Assembly (NCBI GenBank): GCA_964106645.2
Contig: OZ067039.1
Direction: 5' to 3' (one strand)
DNA from: Podarcis pityusensis
Lineage: Eukaryota
Length of the DNA: 64,000 nucleotides
This document shows positions 38,234 to 52,100 of the stretch, piece after piece. The translations under genes and the position numbers were made by a program. Positions within the stretch are counted from its first letter, which is position 1. Each line of letters starts with the position of its first letter. Under the pieces are notes generated by a model that was not told where the DNA came from, did not search any database, and saw only the letters and a list, made by a program, of their open reading frames with translations.

Positions 38234-38370
38234 GTTAGAGCACATGTTTTGCATGCAGAAGACCTCAGGATAAACACCTGCCCTTTCCAAGTAGCACTGA
38301 GGAAAGATTTGTGTCTGAAACCTGAAGATTTGCAGTTACTGTAGGTGATACTGGACAGGACATATAATGT
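38234..38370 (+). mobile_element. Squam3-like tRNA SINE remnant
   Basis: tagagcacatgttttgcatgcagaagacc tRNA-like head. Confidence 0.5.
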
Positions 38371-39099
38371 ATCTTCCTCTGTTCCCAAAACAGGAAAGAA
38401 GGTTGAGAGGGGGTCTCTGCATCCTTGTAAAACACTTCAGCACTGTACAGCTATTTTTAAAAACAAAGTTCCATGCAGACCTCTCTTCCCATTCTGTCAG
38501 AAATGGGTAGGCCAGGAGTAGTGGAACTGTAATAGAAATTAATATAATTCCAAATAATTATATCTGAGGCTCTCTTCCATTGCAATGCTTTGAAATACTT
38601 ATGCCCTTTACCCACAGAAACTTGTCAGGAAAAGTGCACCTTAATGATAGAGAATCTACTGTTATTAAAATACTATAAAACATGTATTTATACTTATGGA
38701 TGGTGACCTATAGAAGCTTATGCTGTATTACATTAATTCGTATTTAAGATGCCACAAGACTGTTTCGCCAGGACAGAAAAGCATGCCTACGCATCTGGAA
38801 AATAACATCTAGAAATTCAGCAGGTGCCTACCTAATTCCACGACAGCGAAAGGCTGTAGGAGTTAAATTACTAACCAGTCTTTTAACAAGAAGTATTGTC
38901 CTAGTTTAGAGAGACAGCATTTTTAAGGCACGATACCAAACGAGATTTTGCAACAAAAAATCATTGCCTGCGAAAGGGACAGGAGTGTAACTCGCATCTA
39001 TATAATTTTTCATATGCAACATGCATTTAAAAGCGCAGGTCTCTGCTAGGGTGGTGAGGAAATAATCCACCCTATTGCAGCTGCTTTCTTTTTGTGCGT

Positions 39100-40100
39100 G
39101 TGTGAGCGAAGTTATTTCACAGCACCGCAACAAATGAGATCATCTCCCCGCGGCCACTTCATATAGGTTCATAATACACCGCGTTGTTTCCTTCCACCGT
39201 TGCCTCTCGTCAATTTAAGCAGGAACCGGAAAATTCTCTTAAACGAGCAATTTCGGTCGCTTTAAGAAGCCAGGCCAATGGGAAAGGATTTCACCCGGGG
39301 AGGCGGGAGTAGGAGCAGCTCACGGGAAACACGAATGGGCAGGACTTTGAGATCGCAACCAATAGAAACTCAGAAGTCCGCAAGAGGAGCCAATCCGCGG
39401 TGGACTCCAACGCTCGCGCAGTCAGGGTATAGATTACTCTGCGTGGTCGCAGGTTGACGGAGAGGGAAGCCATGGATCAGGGCTATGGTGAGAGCTGGCG
39501 CTGCAGGGGCGGGGGAAGGGACCGGGAAACCCGGCAAACGCGGGTTAGGCTTCGCTCGGGATAGGGCTGTTTACCTCACCGTGGTGGCTTTTCGCACCGA
39601 CTAGGCCTGGTGGCTCTCAACCGCCTCCGCGAGACACGGGCGGCGTTGATTGGCCATCGGCGCTGCCCCTCTCGGAGATTGGCCTGGCGAATGGAGCGCC
39701 TCTTTCTAATCTCCGCGGTCTGCGAGGAAGGCGGGACTAGGCCCTTTTTCCGAAGACGACACAAAATGGCGTCGAGGCGACCCCTTTGCTCTGCGCCAGC
39801 GCGCGGTTCCTGCCCCCCATTCTTTTGCGCGAGGTGCCGCCTCTTCGCCTCCTCCCCCGGGGGTGGGGGTTTAACTTTTGTAGCCGGCCTGCCCCCTCCT
39901 CCAGACACCCGCAGCTTCCTGGGCTTAGCGCTTGGTCCATATAGAGGAGAAGTCGTTTCCACATCGCTATTAAGAGTTGCCAACATCTTCTCCCTCCTTG
40001 GCAGGACTCTTTAACGCTTTTGCCACCCCTGTAGGTAGCAAGCGAATCCCTTTCCTGCTATGCAGTCGACGCCAGGGGAGGCGTCCGCCTGTTAAAAGGC
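39100..40100. promoter_or_regulatory. CpG island / AKAP8 promoter
   Basis: CpG-dense; CCAAT at 39275, 39359, 39390; ETS-like CCGGAA ~39226; YY1-like AAAATGGCG at 39763; gccATGg Kozak at 39472. Confidence 0.85.
39472..39487 (+). CDS. AKAP8: AKAP8 coding exon 1
   Basis: ATG GAT CAG GGC TAT G|GTGAGA. Confidence 0.9.
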
Positions 40101-43100
40101 CTGTGCAACTGTAGCTAGTCACTCACCGTCAATAGGCTTATCTTCCATGAACTTATCTCGTTGTTTTTAAGGCATTCAAGTTCGCAGCCATCTCTTCTTT
40201 CCCGTGGAAGTGTCTTCCATAGTTTTAACTAAGTGAAGAAGTACTTTTTGTCTGTCCTGAATCTTCCAACATTCAGCTTCCTTGGGTGTCCATGAGTTCT
40301 AGAGTTACGAAAGAGGGAGAAAAACTTTTCTCTATCCCCTTTCTCCATGCCATTCGTAATTTTATAAGCTTGTATCATGTCAACTCTTAATCATCGTTTC
40401 CCTAAACTAAAGTGTTCCAAATGTTGCAACCTTTCACTCCATCCCTTTAATCATTTTGGTTGCCTTTTCTGAACCTTTTCCAAATCTACAATATCGTTTT
40501 TTGAGATGAGGCTACCAGATCTATACGCGGTATTCCAAAGGCAGTCACACCATAGATTTGTATAAAAATGCATTATGGGGTGGTAGTTTTACTTTTAGTT
40601 CCTTTCCTAATTTTGTTGGATTCAGCAGGGTGTGCATACAGTCTGGTATCATCTGCAGAATGTGCAAAGGGCAGGGTCTGAAGATTAGGGGTGATTTACT
40701 GTGAATATGATAATTTTGTCATCTTTAAATGTGAAACAAAACCCCTAGCGTAGCGGTATGTCTGAACTGGGAGCTGTGGTTTGTTTTGCTCCGAACAAGC
40801 CACTGTCTTCACCCACAGTTTGTCCCTGGCTTACTGATCATAGTTTGTTTCCCTTGTGTGCTGGAGAAGGCAGGCAAAATGGATGAGATTGCTGCTTTCA
40901 CAGCAAACCACTAACTACAGTAAATTGGCATGTTTGAGTAGTCACATTTTCACTCAAATTACAGCTGCTGTATGTGAAAGTAGTTAAGAGAGAGAGTCTG
41001 GGAGGGGAGAAGTTAATGTGTGTTTCTGTGAGTTAATGAGTCAATATTTCTCTTACAGGTTATAGTTCCTGGGGTACTGAGGCCACCAGTACTCAAGGTA
41101 AGTCATGATCTCCTAAAATAAAAAAATTAGAAAAGAAATAGAAGATAACCTTAAGAATGTTGAGCATAAGTGTGTTTATAAATAAATGTGCTTCTCTTAA
41201 GCATGGGTCGCAAATAATATTTTTTTAAAGGTCCTGAGCAGCCTTGAACTTCTACTTTGTGGACAACATATTGAGAGGATTTTATTTTGTATAGGAGATG
41301 TCCAATGGTTTTAGCTATTTGGGCAACTAATTTCCCCTTTCCTCCCCCTGTGCAGCCCCCATGCACTTCTGAAATCTGCTCCAGAGAGTTGAGTGATTCT
41401 AGAGTAGATTGAGAGGTGTGAGTAGCTGCCGGTAGAGGAGAGGAAGGGGAAGTCCTCTGGTATGATGGTGGATATTGCCTATATATCTGTACTTAACTCC
41501 TTAACACATCACATGTGTTTTATTGTGTTGCTGTCAAAGAACTAATTCATTGAAAATTGTTTTAAATTGCTTGCCTTGTGAAAGAATTTAATCTGTGTTG
41601 TGTTAACATTGCTTTGATTGACGCGTTTAATGTAAAAGTAAACTTTTGTCTCTTTAAAAGGTGGCTATTCAACAAATCCAGCAAGTTGGCAAGGTATGTG
41701 TTTTATTTGCGGTACTATCTTAAGTATTTTGCCAATTTTCTCAGAATTAACAAGAATAACTGACTGGAACATTTAGAGGCATTATATAAGTAGTATTTGA
41801 ATTTGCATCACTCCTCCTAAAGCCGAACTTGGCTCCAGAGTTACAACAACTTTGTAGCCAAAAAAGGGCCATTGAGTATCAGCATGCTTAGGGGAACCCA
41901 GAGGTTTGCAAAAGCGCAGACATATTTAAAAAATCAAAACTATCTGGGTGGATCCCTGAAAAGGCCCAGTGAAGGCTGAGCATGCTTAGTAGTTACAGAA
42001 TCTTAAAAGTTGGCGGTGGGGATTGGAGGAAGAGGGAATGGAAGTGGCTGGTGAAGGGAGGCTTCAAAACTGGCAGGAATGCAAGAGAGGCTAACCGAGA
42101 GAGAAGGGAAGTTTAGTAGGATTTAGGGAGAGTGGAAGCTGAGTATTGTATTTATACTTTTTCCCCATTCCCTTTTTCCCTTCCATGTCCAGTGGATGGA
42201 GAGAAAGGGATTGGAGGAAGAGAGATATAGATACAAAAACAGCACAAAGAACCATTTCATTGTAAACTGGGGAATAACCTATCCACACATTGAAAATTTA
42301 TTCTTAATTAGACCCAGAGTTGGAAATGAGAGCCTCTCATAGAAATCATTGGAAAAATCCAAGATTTTAATATAGCTGCTAATTGACAAATGAAGCAAGG
42401 CTGAAGGGAGAACAGGAGGCAGAAAGTTACAAGAGGAGAAAGTGAGAGCCCATGGTGGGACAGTGGCGGGGAGCTCCAGAAGGGGGACAGTGAGGGAGCC
42501 TTGACCTCTTCTGAGGAAATCAGAACTTTAGGCAGTCATGGGCATGTTTCTGTCCTGATGAGAATATATTCAGGTACCATTCTGCCACAAATAGAGAATT
42601 AACCCCTTCAATCCTGAGCAAACAGCCTCATCAGCCACAAACTCAGGTGAAACACACGCAAAAATAATCTGCAGAATTTTGCTGCAGAATTCAGCTTGTA
42701 GTATACAAAACAATGTGTGGTATAGGTCATGTAGTGTTTTTAACTTTTATACTGCTCTTCTTTCAAGGAACATGGGGTGGGTTAAATTTGCTTTTATACA
42801 AGAAAAATGATAATAACACACCTAAAATCTGCACCTCTTTAATTGTGGGCACATAACTAAAGCAATAACTCTTCATTGGTCTTGTGGCAGTGGACAGTGG
42901 TGGCCTATTAATGTTTGTATCTGACAGTTGTTTTCAGGTGTGTATGAGTGTTGGCTTTGGTGATGGTTTCCATAGATAAGATCCACAGTTGAAACTCAGA
43001 GCCCCCTTTTTACTGTACTATTGTCTTTCCTTTTTTCCAGGCTATGAAGGCTATGATTATTATGGTGCCCAAACCAGCAGCTCTACTACAGCTGCCCCAT

Positions 43101-46100
43101 ACAACTATGATGCTGCCAGTGTTGCTGCAACTACCTGGGACGCTTCTAAAGCTACCGACATGACAATGAGTGCTGAGATGGGCTCTCGCATGCCAGTTGT
43201 AAATTACGGTAGTGGGGCAGTGGGCACAGAAAACTCTGACTCCATTATAGCAAAAATAAACCAGCGTCTGGATATGCTGTCAAAGGAAGGCAGCGGTGGT
43301 CCTGGGGAAGGCATGGAAGATCAGGGAAGGTAAACTAAAGATTCTCCTCATCTCTGAAAAACATATTTCTTGTTCAATTTGTTAAAAACAAGAATTGGTA
43401 CAACAATATTCATTACTTGATGTGTAGGTGGTAGTTTAACATTGGTACAGTTAAATGCTATAGTTTCTGATGACAAAGCTTTCATGCAAAAGAAGGCAAC
43501 CTGTTGAAGAGAGGGTCTGCTGTCTTCTCTTGTTGAGGCATCAGCTATCAGATGTGTGCCACAAGAGATTTTCAAACAGGGTTTTCATAATAGTGCCTTG
43601 AAACCACATAGAAAATACATAGAAAATATTGTCATAATTTTTAAGGGTCCCTGGCTGTCTAACAAAGATAGGTTGTTTCCTTCTACTTTTGTTGTAGAAT
43701 GCATTGCTCCTTATTCCAATACAGTGAACGTATAAAGCTGTTTTATTCAGAGTCAGATCATTGATCGATCTAGTTTATTGTTGTCTTCTCTGAATAGGAG
43801 CAGTTCTCCAGGCTCTTTGGTAAAGGTCATTCTCAGTCCTATTATTTGTCTTTTTTTACCTGGAGATGCCAAACATTGGAACCTTCTGCATGCAAAGCAT
43901 GTACTACACCACTAAGCTATTTCCCCTTCTTTTTAGAGAAGCAAATAAAGTTTCAGAGGGCCTCCAGCATGCAAATTTTTATCTGTGTCAAGTTTGTTTG
44001 GGCTACCTGTCAAGTCCTCTAAAACTACTGACTGAATTCTTTGCTTGCAATACAGCTCTTTCAGATTTGAGTCTTATGAGTCCTATGACTCTAGAGCATC
44101 TGTGCCTGATCGTGACCTGTACAGAACCAGCTATGACTATAATGAAGTTGGATCAGATCGGAATGAATCTTTTGGAAGCCGCTATGATAATGTTGGTGAC
44201 CGCAGAGATCAGCCCCGCAACAGAGGAAACAACTATGGCTTTGCCAGAGGGAGGGCCCAGAATCGAGGGCACCTAAACACTTTCAATCGTGACCACTTCA
44301 TGCCATCAAGTACAGAACGGATGTCTGCACAATGGAATGAGATGAATTACATGGGTGGAAGGAATATGGAAGGACCTGGACCCAACCGGCTTCCATCACT
44401 ATTTTCCCAAGCACTCGTCCCAGAGTATAGAGATTATGGTGATTATGGAGACTACGGAGACTATGGCAACTATGGGGATTATGATTACGGCATGATGGAA
44501 ATGCAAGGAATGGGAATGGGAAGGTTTCCTGGGAACATGCCGTATGGCTTCAATAGATCACGTGGCAGAGTAAGTTTAGCACAGTAACCTTAGGAACTCT
44601 TGCATTTATAGCTGTTTCAGTAGTTGTAAATCATCAGATTGGTTCAGTGATTAACAACAAGAGAAGATGGTCTTATTTTTATGTAGGATGTTTAAAATAA
44701 CACCATTTATTTTTATTTTTCATTGCAATAATTGGAAGTGATATTGACAGAATAGTGATGTTTTTGTTTTTTTGGAACTGAGATGATCTGTTTGAAAAAA
44801 TGCCTGCTTGTGAGATAGCGATATATGGGTGTTCCTTGGGTGCATGGGTTGGGCTTTATTCTTTACTAAGGAAATGCATGAAATGTATTTTTGTGAAAGA
44901 GGACATTTATAGCAGGAAACTAATGCAGTCTGGGGTTCCTGGCAAGTGCCAACAAACTGGCCAAGCATGTATTGCTCTTTTTTTCTTTCTAGCCAAAGAG
45001 GAGACCATTCCGCGGTCGTTTTGGTGGGCATTCAGATTTTGAAAGTGGATTACGCAAACGGAAACAATCCCAAAGTGGAGATGAACCAGACAGCAAACAT
45101 ACAAAGACAGAAAGTGAAAGAGATTATTCTGACAATGGTAATATTTTGATTTTGTTACACTAGGGACCAGTATCCTGTTTTATCATCCTTTGCTTTGGTA
45201 CCAACCTATTTGTATTCTAATCATTTATTAAATATGTCATTATAAATCCTACTTCTTTGATGTGCTACTATAAAATATAGTACTTTACAGCAGTGTTACA
45301 GTTCACCAAATAAATAAATGGCCTGCATCTCTGTAGTAAGATGGAGAAGAGTTGGGAAATATATGCTAGCAAGTAAATTTCTCAGCAGATGGAAACCAGA
45401 CTTCCACTTTAAATGATCCCAGAAGAGTGCTATGTTTAGACTGTAAAATAAAATGAACTTTTCGCAGTAGTTGAACGGTGTCTTGTGTATTGACAGATAA
45501 TGGTGAAGGAGAGGACAAATCAGGAGATGAAAGAGATAAAGGTGTAAGTAACTTTTTCAAAAGTATCTGGATTTTCAGAAGTGATCATTTAAAGTGATGA
45601 ATGTTTTGGACTGCTGACATATTTTACATTGAGCTTTTAAGAGATGTAGAATTAATTACTTTACGTAATCCCTCTCTCCCTTTTTTTAAAGGAGCATGAG
45701 AGAAGCAATGAAGATCTAAAGAGGAAAGGTAGGGTTTATTTCATTTGGCAGGCCTATATTAACTTTCCACTTGAAAGTTGTGAGGGATTGTGGAGTGGGT
45801 AGGAATTCCATTCTGATCTTCTATGGAGGCCATTACAGTGGTACCTCGGGTTACGAACAGTCCTGCTTACGAATGTTTTGGGTTACAAACTTACAAACCC
45901 AGAAGTAGGTGTCCCGGGTTGCGAACTTTGCCCCGGAGTATGAACGCAATCCACTTCCAGGGCCACGGGAGGCCTATGTAGGGAATGCACGCCTCAGGTT
46001 AAGAATGCTTCAGGTTAAGAATGGACTTCTGGAACGAATTATGTTTGTAACCCAAGGTACCACTGTAGATGCAACCGGCTAAAATTAATTTGAACTCAAA

Positions 46101-49100
46101 AACTTGTAACATCAATATTAACGCCTTTGGGGAGATAGTATTGTAGCATTCATGTATCTTCCTTAGAAGCAGTGACTAGCCAGATGTCTCTGAAAACTGA
46201 AAATATTATATCTAAGATCCTCAGCTTTATTTTTTTTCTTTTAGTTTTCTTGCCAATATTCAACAAATTAGTGATAATTCCTGTTTTAAAGTCATCTAAA
46301 GCTGATAGTCATCACTGCATCATGTGATAGTGAATTCCATAACATATTAATTGGGTAAATAAATACTATAATCTAAAATCTACTCTTTTCAGTCCCAAGC
46401 TCTAGCATTATCTACATATTATGAGCTGGTTTTTGTAACTTAGTATGGATGCGTGAGGATTCCAGAAGAAGAGAACATGGCTGTTGGGCTCCTCACCTGG
46501 TGTTTTTCTGCTGTGCTGCCTTGAGCTAAGCTATAGTTTGCCCTAGTATATCATCTGAACCTGGGCTTGTGGTTTATAAGGTGTAAACCTAAGAACAAAT
46601 CTTGATTACAGTTTGTATTTCATATGGAGCAAGATTAACCAGAAGGCCGAGTTTGGACAATATTCTAAGCTGGACCATGGCTTAGCCCTGTGCAATGCAG
46701 CAGCAGGAAAGTGGCTGAAACCACCTCTCATATAATCTTAGAGTTGGAAGGAACCCCAAGGGTCATCTCGTCCAACCCCCTACAATGCAGGAATCTTAGC
46801 TAATACATCATGACAGAGACAAGAGACTCTGTAGACAGCACATTTACACTATGGCCATTGGTTGGCTTAGTTTGAAGTAAGCCTTATGTAAACTGCCAGC
46901 CCTCTGAACTTTAATTCCTTTTATTTGCTAAAAAAACTTTTAACTCTTTAGCTTCCCCCAACCTTGTAGGGGATTCAACTCTGTGATCACAAATGCTCAT
47001 TTCTTTACCTTCTGCAGTTTTAATACTGTTTTTGAGATGAGTCAAAAACATTCCTTTAAATATGGCTTTGTTGCAAACTTGAATAATACTCTGATTCTTA
47101 CTATATTCAGTACTTCCATAATACAGTCATACCTCGGGTTAAAGTTGCTTCAGGTTGAGCGTTTTCGGGTTGCGCTCCATACTGACCCGGAAGTAACGGA
47201 ACGCGTTACTTCCGGGTTTCGTCGCATGCGCAGACACTCAAAATGACGTCACACGCATGCACAGAAGCAGCAAATCGCAACCGTTCGCATCCAGAGGTAC
47301 CACTGTAATTTGATATAGATTACCCTTTGCATTGCTGCAGCTCATTGAGTTGATTCTTCCAGGAGCTTTCCACAAGAACTCCAAGATCTGTCTTGGATAG
47401 TCGCAGACAATTTTGACTTCCTCTTGTGAAGATACCCCTTTTAAAATTCACTGTGCATCACTTTGCACTTAACACTTAATTTGACATGCCATTTTGCTGT
47501 TTGTTCATTGTTCAGTAACCAGTTTCCATTCCCTGGGCCATTTGTTTAGCTTGATAGAAACATAAAGAAAGATATTAGTGAACTGTATAGGTATACCCAG
47601 CTGTTTCAACACATCTCGATGTATTTCTTATAGTTGTAGTGTGTGTTGTGTTGTTGAAACATACATTACTATTTTTGAGACTACATTGTTTCAGTTTTCT
47701 GCTTCTGTTACTGTTTGTTTATTACAACATATTTATTATGTATCTCTTGTCTTCCTAAGAAGCTCAGAGAGAAATGTTAGTGTCCATTCAACCTGTGATT
47801 GAGATTGACTTGTGATTGAGATTAACTTGCCCAAGGCAACCCAGTGAACTTCAGAGTTGACTAGGGATATGAGCGTAACTGTTCCCCACTCCACCTTCTT
47901 CCACTGCACTAGCTAAGAACCATTCAGAGGACTGACATAAGCATGAAGACTAACAGAAAGCAGTTTCACTGTGGCAGTATTTCTTATGAGAATAGCCCTC
48001 ATGCCTATGTTGTATATCATGAGGGAGGCTATGGCTGTGTTGAAAAAGTGCAATTTAATGAATAATGTAAATAATATTTGTTAATTACACTTGCCATATG
48101 AAACACTGATAGAGGTAAGTGCTTTTTTATTGCCTTCACATGGTAGATCTTTAATTGACCCTTAGAAAAGCAAGTCAAAGAAAGAGGAGAGAAGAGATTA
48201 GAAGGTACAATATTTTCATCCCATGACATTGTAATGCAGTTGAACGTTAGTTCTTAAAGAACTGCCTTAAATTTAACTTTCTGTAGCATCTGGTGATGGC
48301 ATTGATGATGATGATGATGATGAAGAGTCAAAACAAAGAAAAGAGAAGCAGAGGCAGAGGGATCGAATGCGTGATCGTGCTATGGACAGGTAACTGAACA
48401 GATTAAAACTCTTACATCTTTAAACATCTTTGGTTTAAAATTCATTTTAACTTAAATTCCTGCTTCATACATAAAATTAAACCCACATTATATGTAGCCT
48501 TTCAAAATATGGCTGCAGTAATTGAGAACATTCTGTTGTTTCTCCAGGAATATGCACTAAAGTTTCTTGGGCTGTCTCTTTCTACAAAAGTAATTTTTTT
48601 GCTGCCACCCTGCAAGTTTGCTTTCCAGCTCAAGGAAAACAAATGGCTCTTGCTATGTAAAATTTAGTTTCATACATTGTCTTTTAAATTGCTAATAAAA
48701 TGTACAAATAGTAAGAATTTGAAAATATCGTTGTGAACTGTTTTGGGCTACCTAGTTGAAAAGGTAGTGTAGAAATTAATAATTTAATTAAAATAATGGT
48801 TGCTTAATGGTAGCCAGCTGAGACTTGCCCATGCCAGTGTTTTATGTGACTCCTCTGTCCTCCTTTACCCACTTCCAAAGTTCTGTATTTATCAAAATGT
48901 AAATACTTCATCTTGCATCCCATACATGTCTACAAGGCTGATTATATCTTTGGTTGTTTCCAGATTAAGTAGGCTTGCTCAACACATTTTTTCCTTCTGC
49001 CTCCCTTCCAAAATGTGTGTAATTCTGTAATACAGGCAGATGCTCTTCTGGAAGGTTAATTGGTTATATCAACTAATACTGCATTTCAGTATTTCCATAA

Positions 49101-52100
49101 CTGTGTTTGTGTGTGTGTGGTTTCTAAGGATGGCACTTCAGTTTGAGAAACTTTAAAACCTTAATTGCCTAGAGTAGTTTTGTCAAGGCAAGTCCTCCCC
49201 CCCCCCCCATTTTTCTCCTTTCCATGTGTGTGTGGCCTGGAGGCATGGGTAGAGGAAGAAGAATGGTGGATTACATGAGTCAAGCAGGGGTGTGAAGGAG
49301 GTCCAGAAGGTTTTATGTCTTATGCCTGTTTTATAAAACTTGGTTGAAATGGACTGCTCTTCAGGAGTGATGCTTTCTTAGTATATGGAAACTCCTGTGG
49401 ATAGAACCTAAGAATTACAGCACTCTTGTGTTGTGTGATGAAAACTTACATTGTTAATGTTGTGATATTGCTGTTATAAGATAATTTCAAAATATTAGTA
49501 AACTCCAGATGAAAATAGATTGTAGCAAAGTTATGCATAGTTTGCTATAATAAACAAACAGTGCAACCCTAGATTGAAGCAGCAAAGGAATCTGGTAGAC
49601 AGAAAGTTTCTTAGGACAATAGTTGAGTTTATGGAATTTATTTTTCATGTAATGAATTTCACAAATAATGTGTACTAAAAATCAAATTCAATGCCTTCCT
49701 TTAGAATCCAGTTTGCTTGCTCTGTATGTAAATTCCGAAGCTTTGATGATGAAGAAATGGAGAAGCATCTACAGAGCAAATTTCACAAGGAGGTCCTGCG
49801 ATACATTGGGACCAAACTGCCTGACAAGACTGTAGAATTCCTGCAGGTATGCTTATTTGGGATTTTAGGTTGTGAACAAAAACAACTATCGGGTAACTGA
49901 ACTGCTTCTGCTATCCAGTAATTGCGATTAATGCCCAAAGAATTGCTAGTGGTTATTTTTGTAAGTTTTTCTTAAACTAGGTCAGGCTTCCTCAACCTTA
50001 GCCCACCAGATGTTTTGAGACTATAATTCCTATCATCCCTGACCACTGGTCCAGCTAGCTAGGGATCATGGGAGTTGTAGGCCAAAAACATCTGGAGGGC
50101 CGAGGTTGAGAAAGCCTGAACTAGGTTTTTTGTCAAGTTACTATCAAGTAATTTGTTACATGCAGCATGTTTCTGGATAGCAGTGTCTAACTATTTGGTC
50201 ATTAGGGCTTAAGTTGATGAGTCCCACCTGAAAGTGTGAAGGAAAGATTGAAACAGAACTGTTAAGAAGCCATTATCCAGTGAACTACATAGTGATTGGA
50301 GATCACTAATTTGAGTGATTAGTGTATAGTTGCAATGTCACCTCTAGCTGGACTTTTTACTCAGTTTTGGAGACAGTGACTTATCTGATTACACGTATTT
50401 TCTCCTTTACAATCCCCAGAAATATATAGTGAACAGAAATAAGAAAATTGGGAAGCGCCGACAAGAGCTAACAGAGAAGGATGGTCCAAAACAAAAACCA
50501 GATCCTTTCAAAGGTAAGTGGAACCCTATTAAGAATTCTCAATCCACCACCTAGAAAGTACAGTGCAGAAATCTCAACTAAAGCATCCATGACAAATGGC
50601 CATACAAACACTGCTTAAAAATCTCCAGTGAAGGTGAGTCCACCACCTTCTGATAGATTAGGCAGGCTGTTAACTGTTGCTGTGAGGAAGAGAGTACCCA
50701 GTTATTAAGAGCAGAGATGTTTCGACAAAAAAACAAGGTTATAGCCATTATTGTAATAGTTGCCCCTATGTTTGGGTCATGTTGCCCTAGGATGTTATAG
50801 GGACAGACGAGCTAATGCTTGTGAGGAGTTTTGCAGTAGCAGCTGGGGTTTTTTTAATAGCATGACCATTATTGCTGTAGTGAGTTTCTTGCATCGGCCT
50901 TTGAATTCTCTTCTAGTTTCTCTGACCAACTGTTTCTTAGTTTGTATGCTTAAAATGATTAATGTAGCCAATTTCTGGGAATGGTGTCAAAACAACTGCT
51001 TGAGAAATAACATACTACACCATTTTAGTAGTTTATGTTCAGTTGTGTGCATCTAATTTGTGTTTGTACCATTTCAGGAATTGGCCAGGAGCACTTTTTT
51101 AAAAAGATAGATGCTGCTCATTGTATGGCTTGTGATATGCTAATTCCTGCACAACATCATCTTCTCCAGAGACACCTGAGGTCTGTTGATCACAACAGGA
51201 ATCGCAGAGTAAGCAGTATTAGTATTTTCTATATGATTGATTAATGAAGTGCATTGATTTAGAAAGCAATCCATGTGTGCTTGCTTAGCAAGTCCCACAA
51301 ACTGCATGGGGCTTACTTGCTAGTGTGTTTAGTAATGCAGGCTTAGAAATTATTCGACTGATCACTATTCCATACCTGACACTTTTTCCAAATCTGGGAT
51401 TTGCTTCTCAATTACAATTGAAAAATTATTTATGAAGGCATGACTAACCTGCTTTTTGGTTGCTAATAAATGATAGTATAGCATAGATTAAAATATATTT
51501 CTGTGCAGCTTTTCATTCACAAAAATTGCAAAGCAGCTTACAAACAGTAAATAACAATAACATAATAGAAAATCACAATAGCAACATAAAGCATATAGAA
51601 TAATGAACAACTCATCAGTAAAACAATTACAAACCATCAATAAAACATTTAAAATCCATAAAACACTTAACAAAAGAACTAAAAAAAAGCTAAACAGCAC
51701 AATTACAACAAAAAGCATATTATAGGATTCACAATATTCATTATCTATAAAACAATATTAGCAACATTAGCAAAATAGCAATTAAAAATTATCTTAGGAC
51801 TGATTAATTCATACACACCCTCACCACCTCCATGACTCATAATCTTCCACTCTATTCAGTTCACTAAAGGACACTTAAACATAATGCCTGTGGGAGCAAC
51901 TCCATTCTGAAGGCTCTTAGGCTGGAGGGTGGGGCAAGGCATTGCCTGATGGCCATCATAAAATCTCTCCCCCTTTCCTCTCCTATGTCTGGGACTCAAC
52001 CTAAGAATTATTTCACTATATAGGAAAAGCAAGTGCAGGTGATTTGAATGCCTTCTGGGTGAGTCATGGCTCTTAGCTCAAGGGCATGAGTGTCTCTGTA

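Noticed and set aside
23789-45694. NAGNAG acceptors at several exons (CAGAAG 23789, TAGGAG 25240 and 27412, CAGGAG 28476, AAGGAG 45689)
   Set aside because: Expected where exons begin with Glu/Gly codons; distal GAG is rarely used
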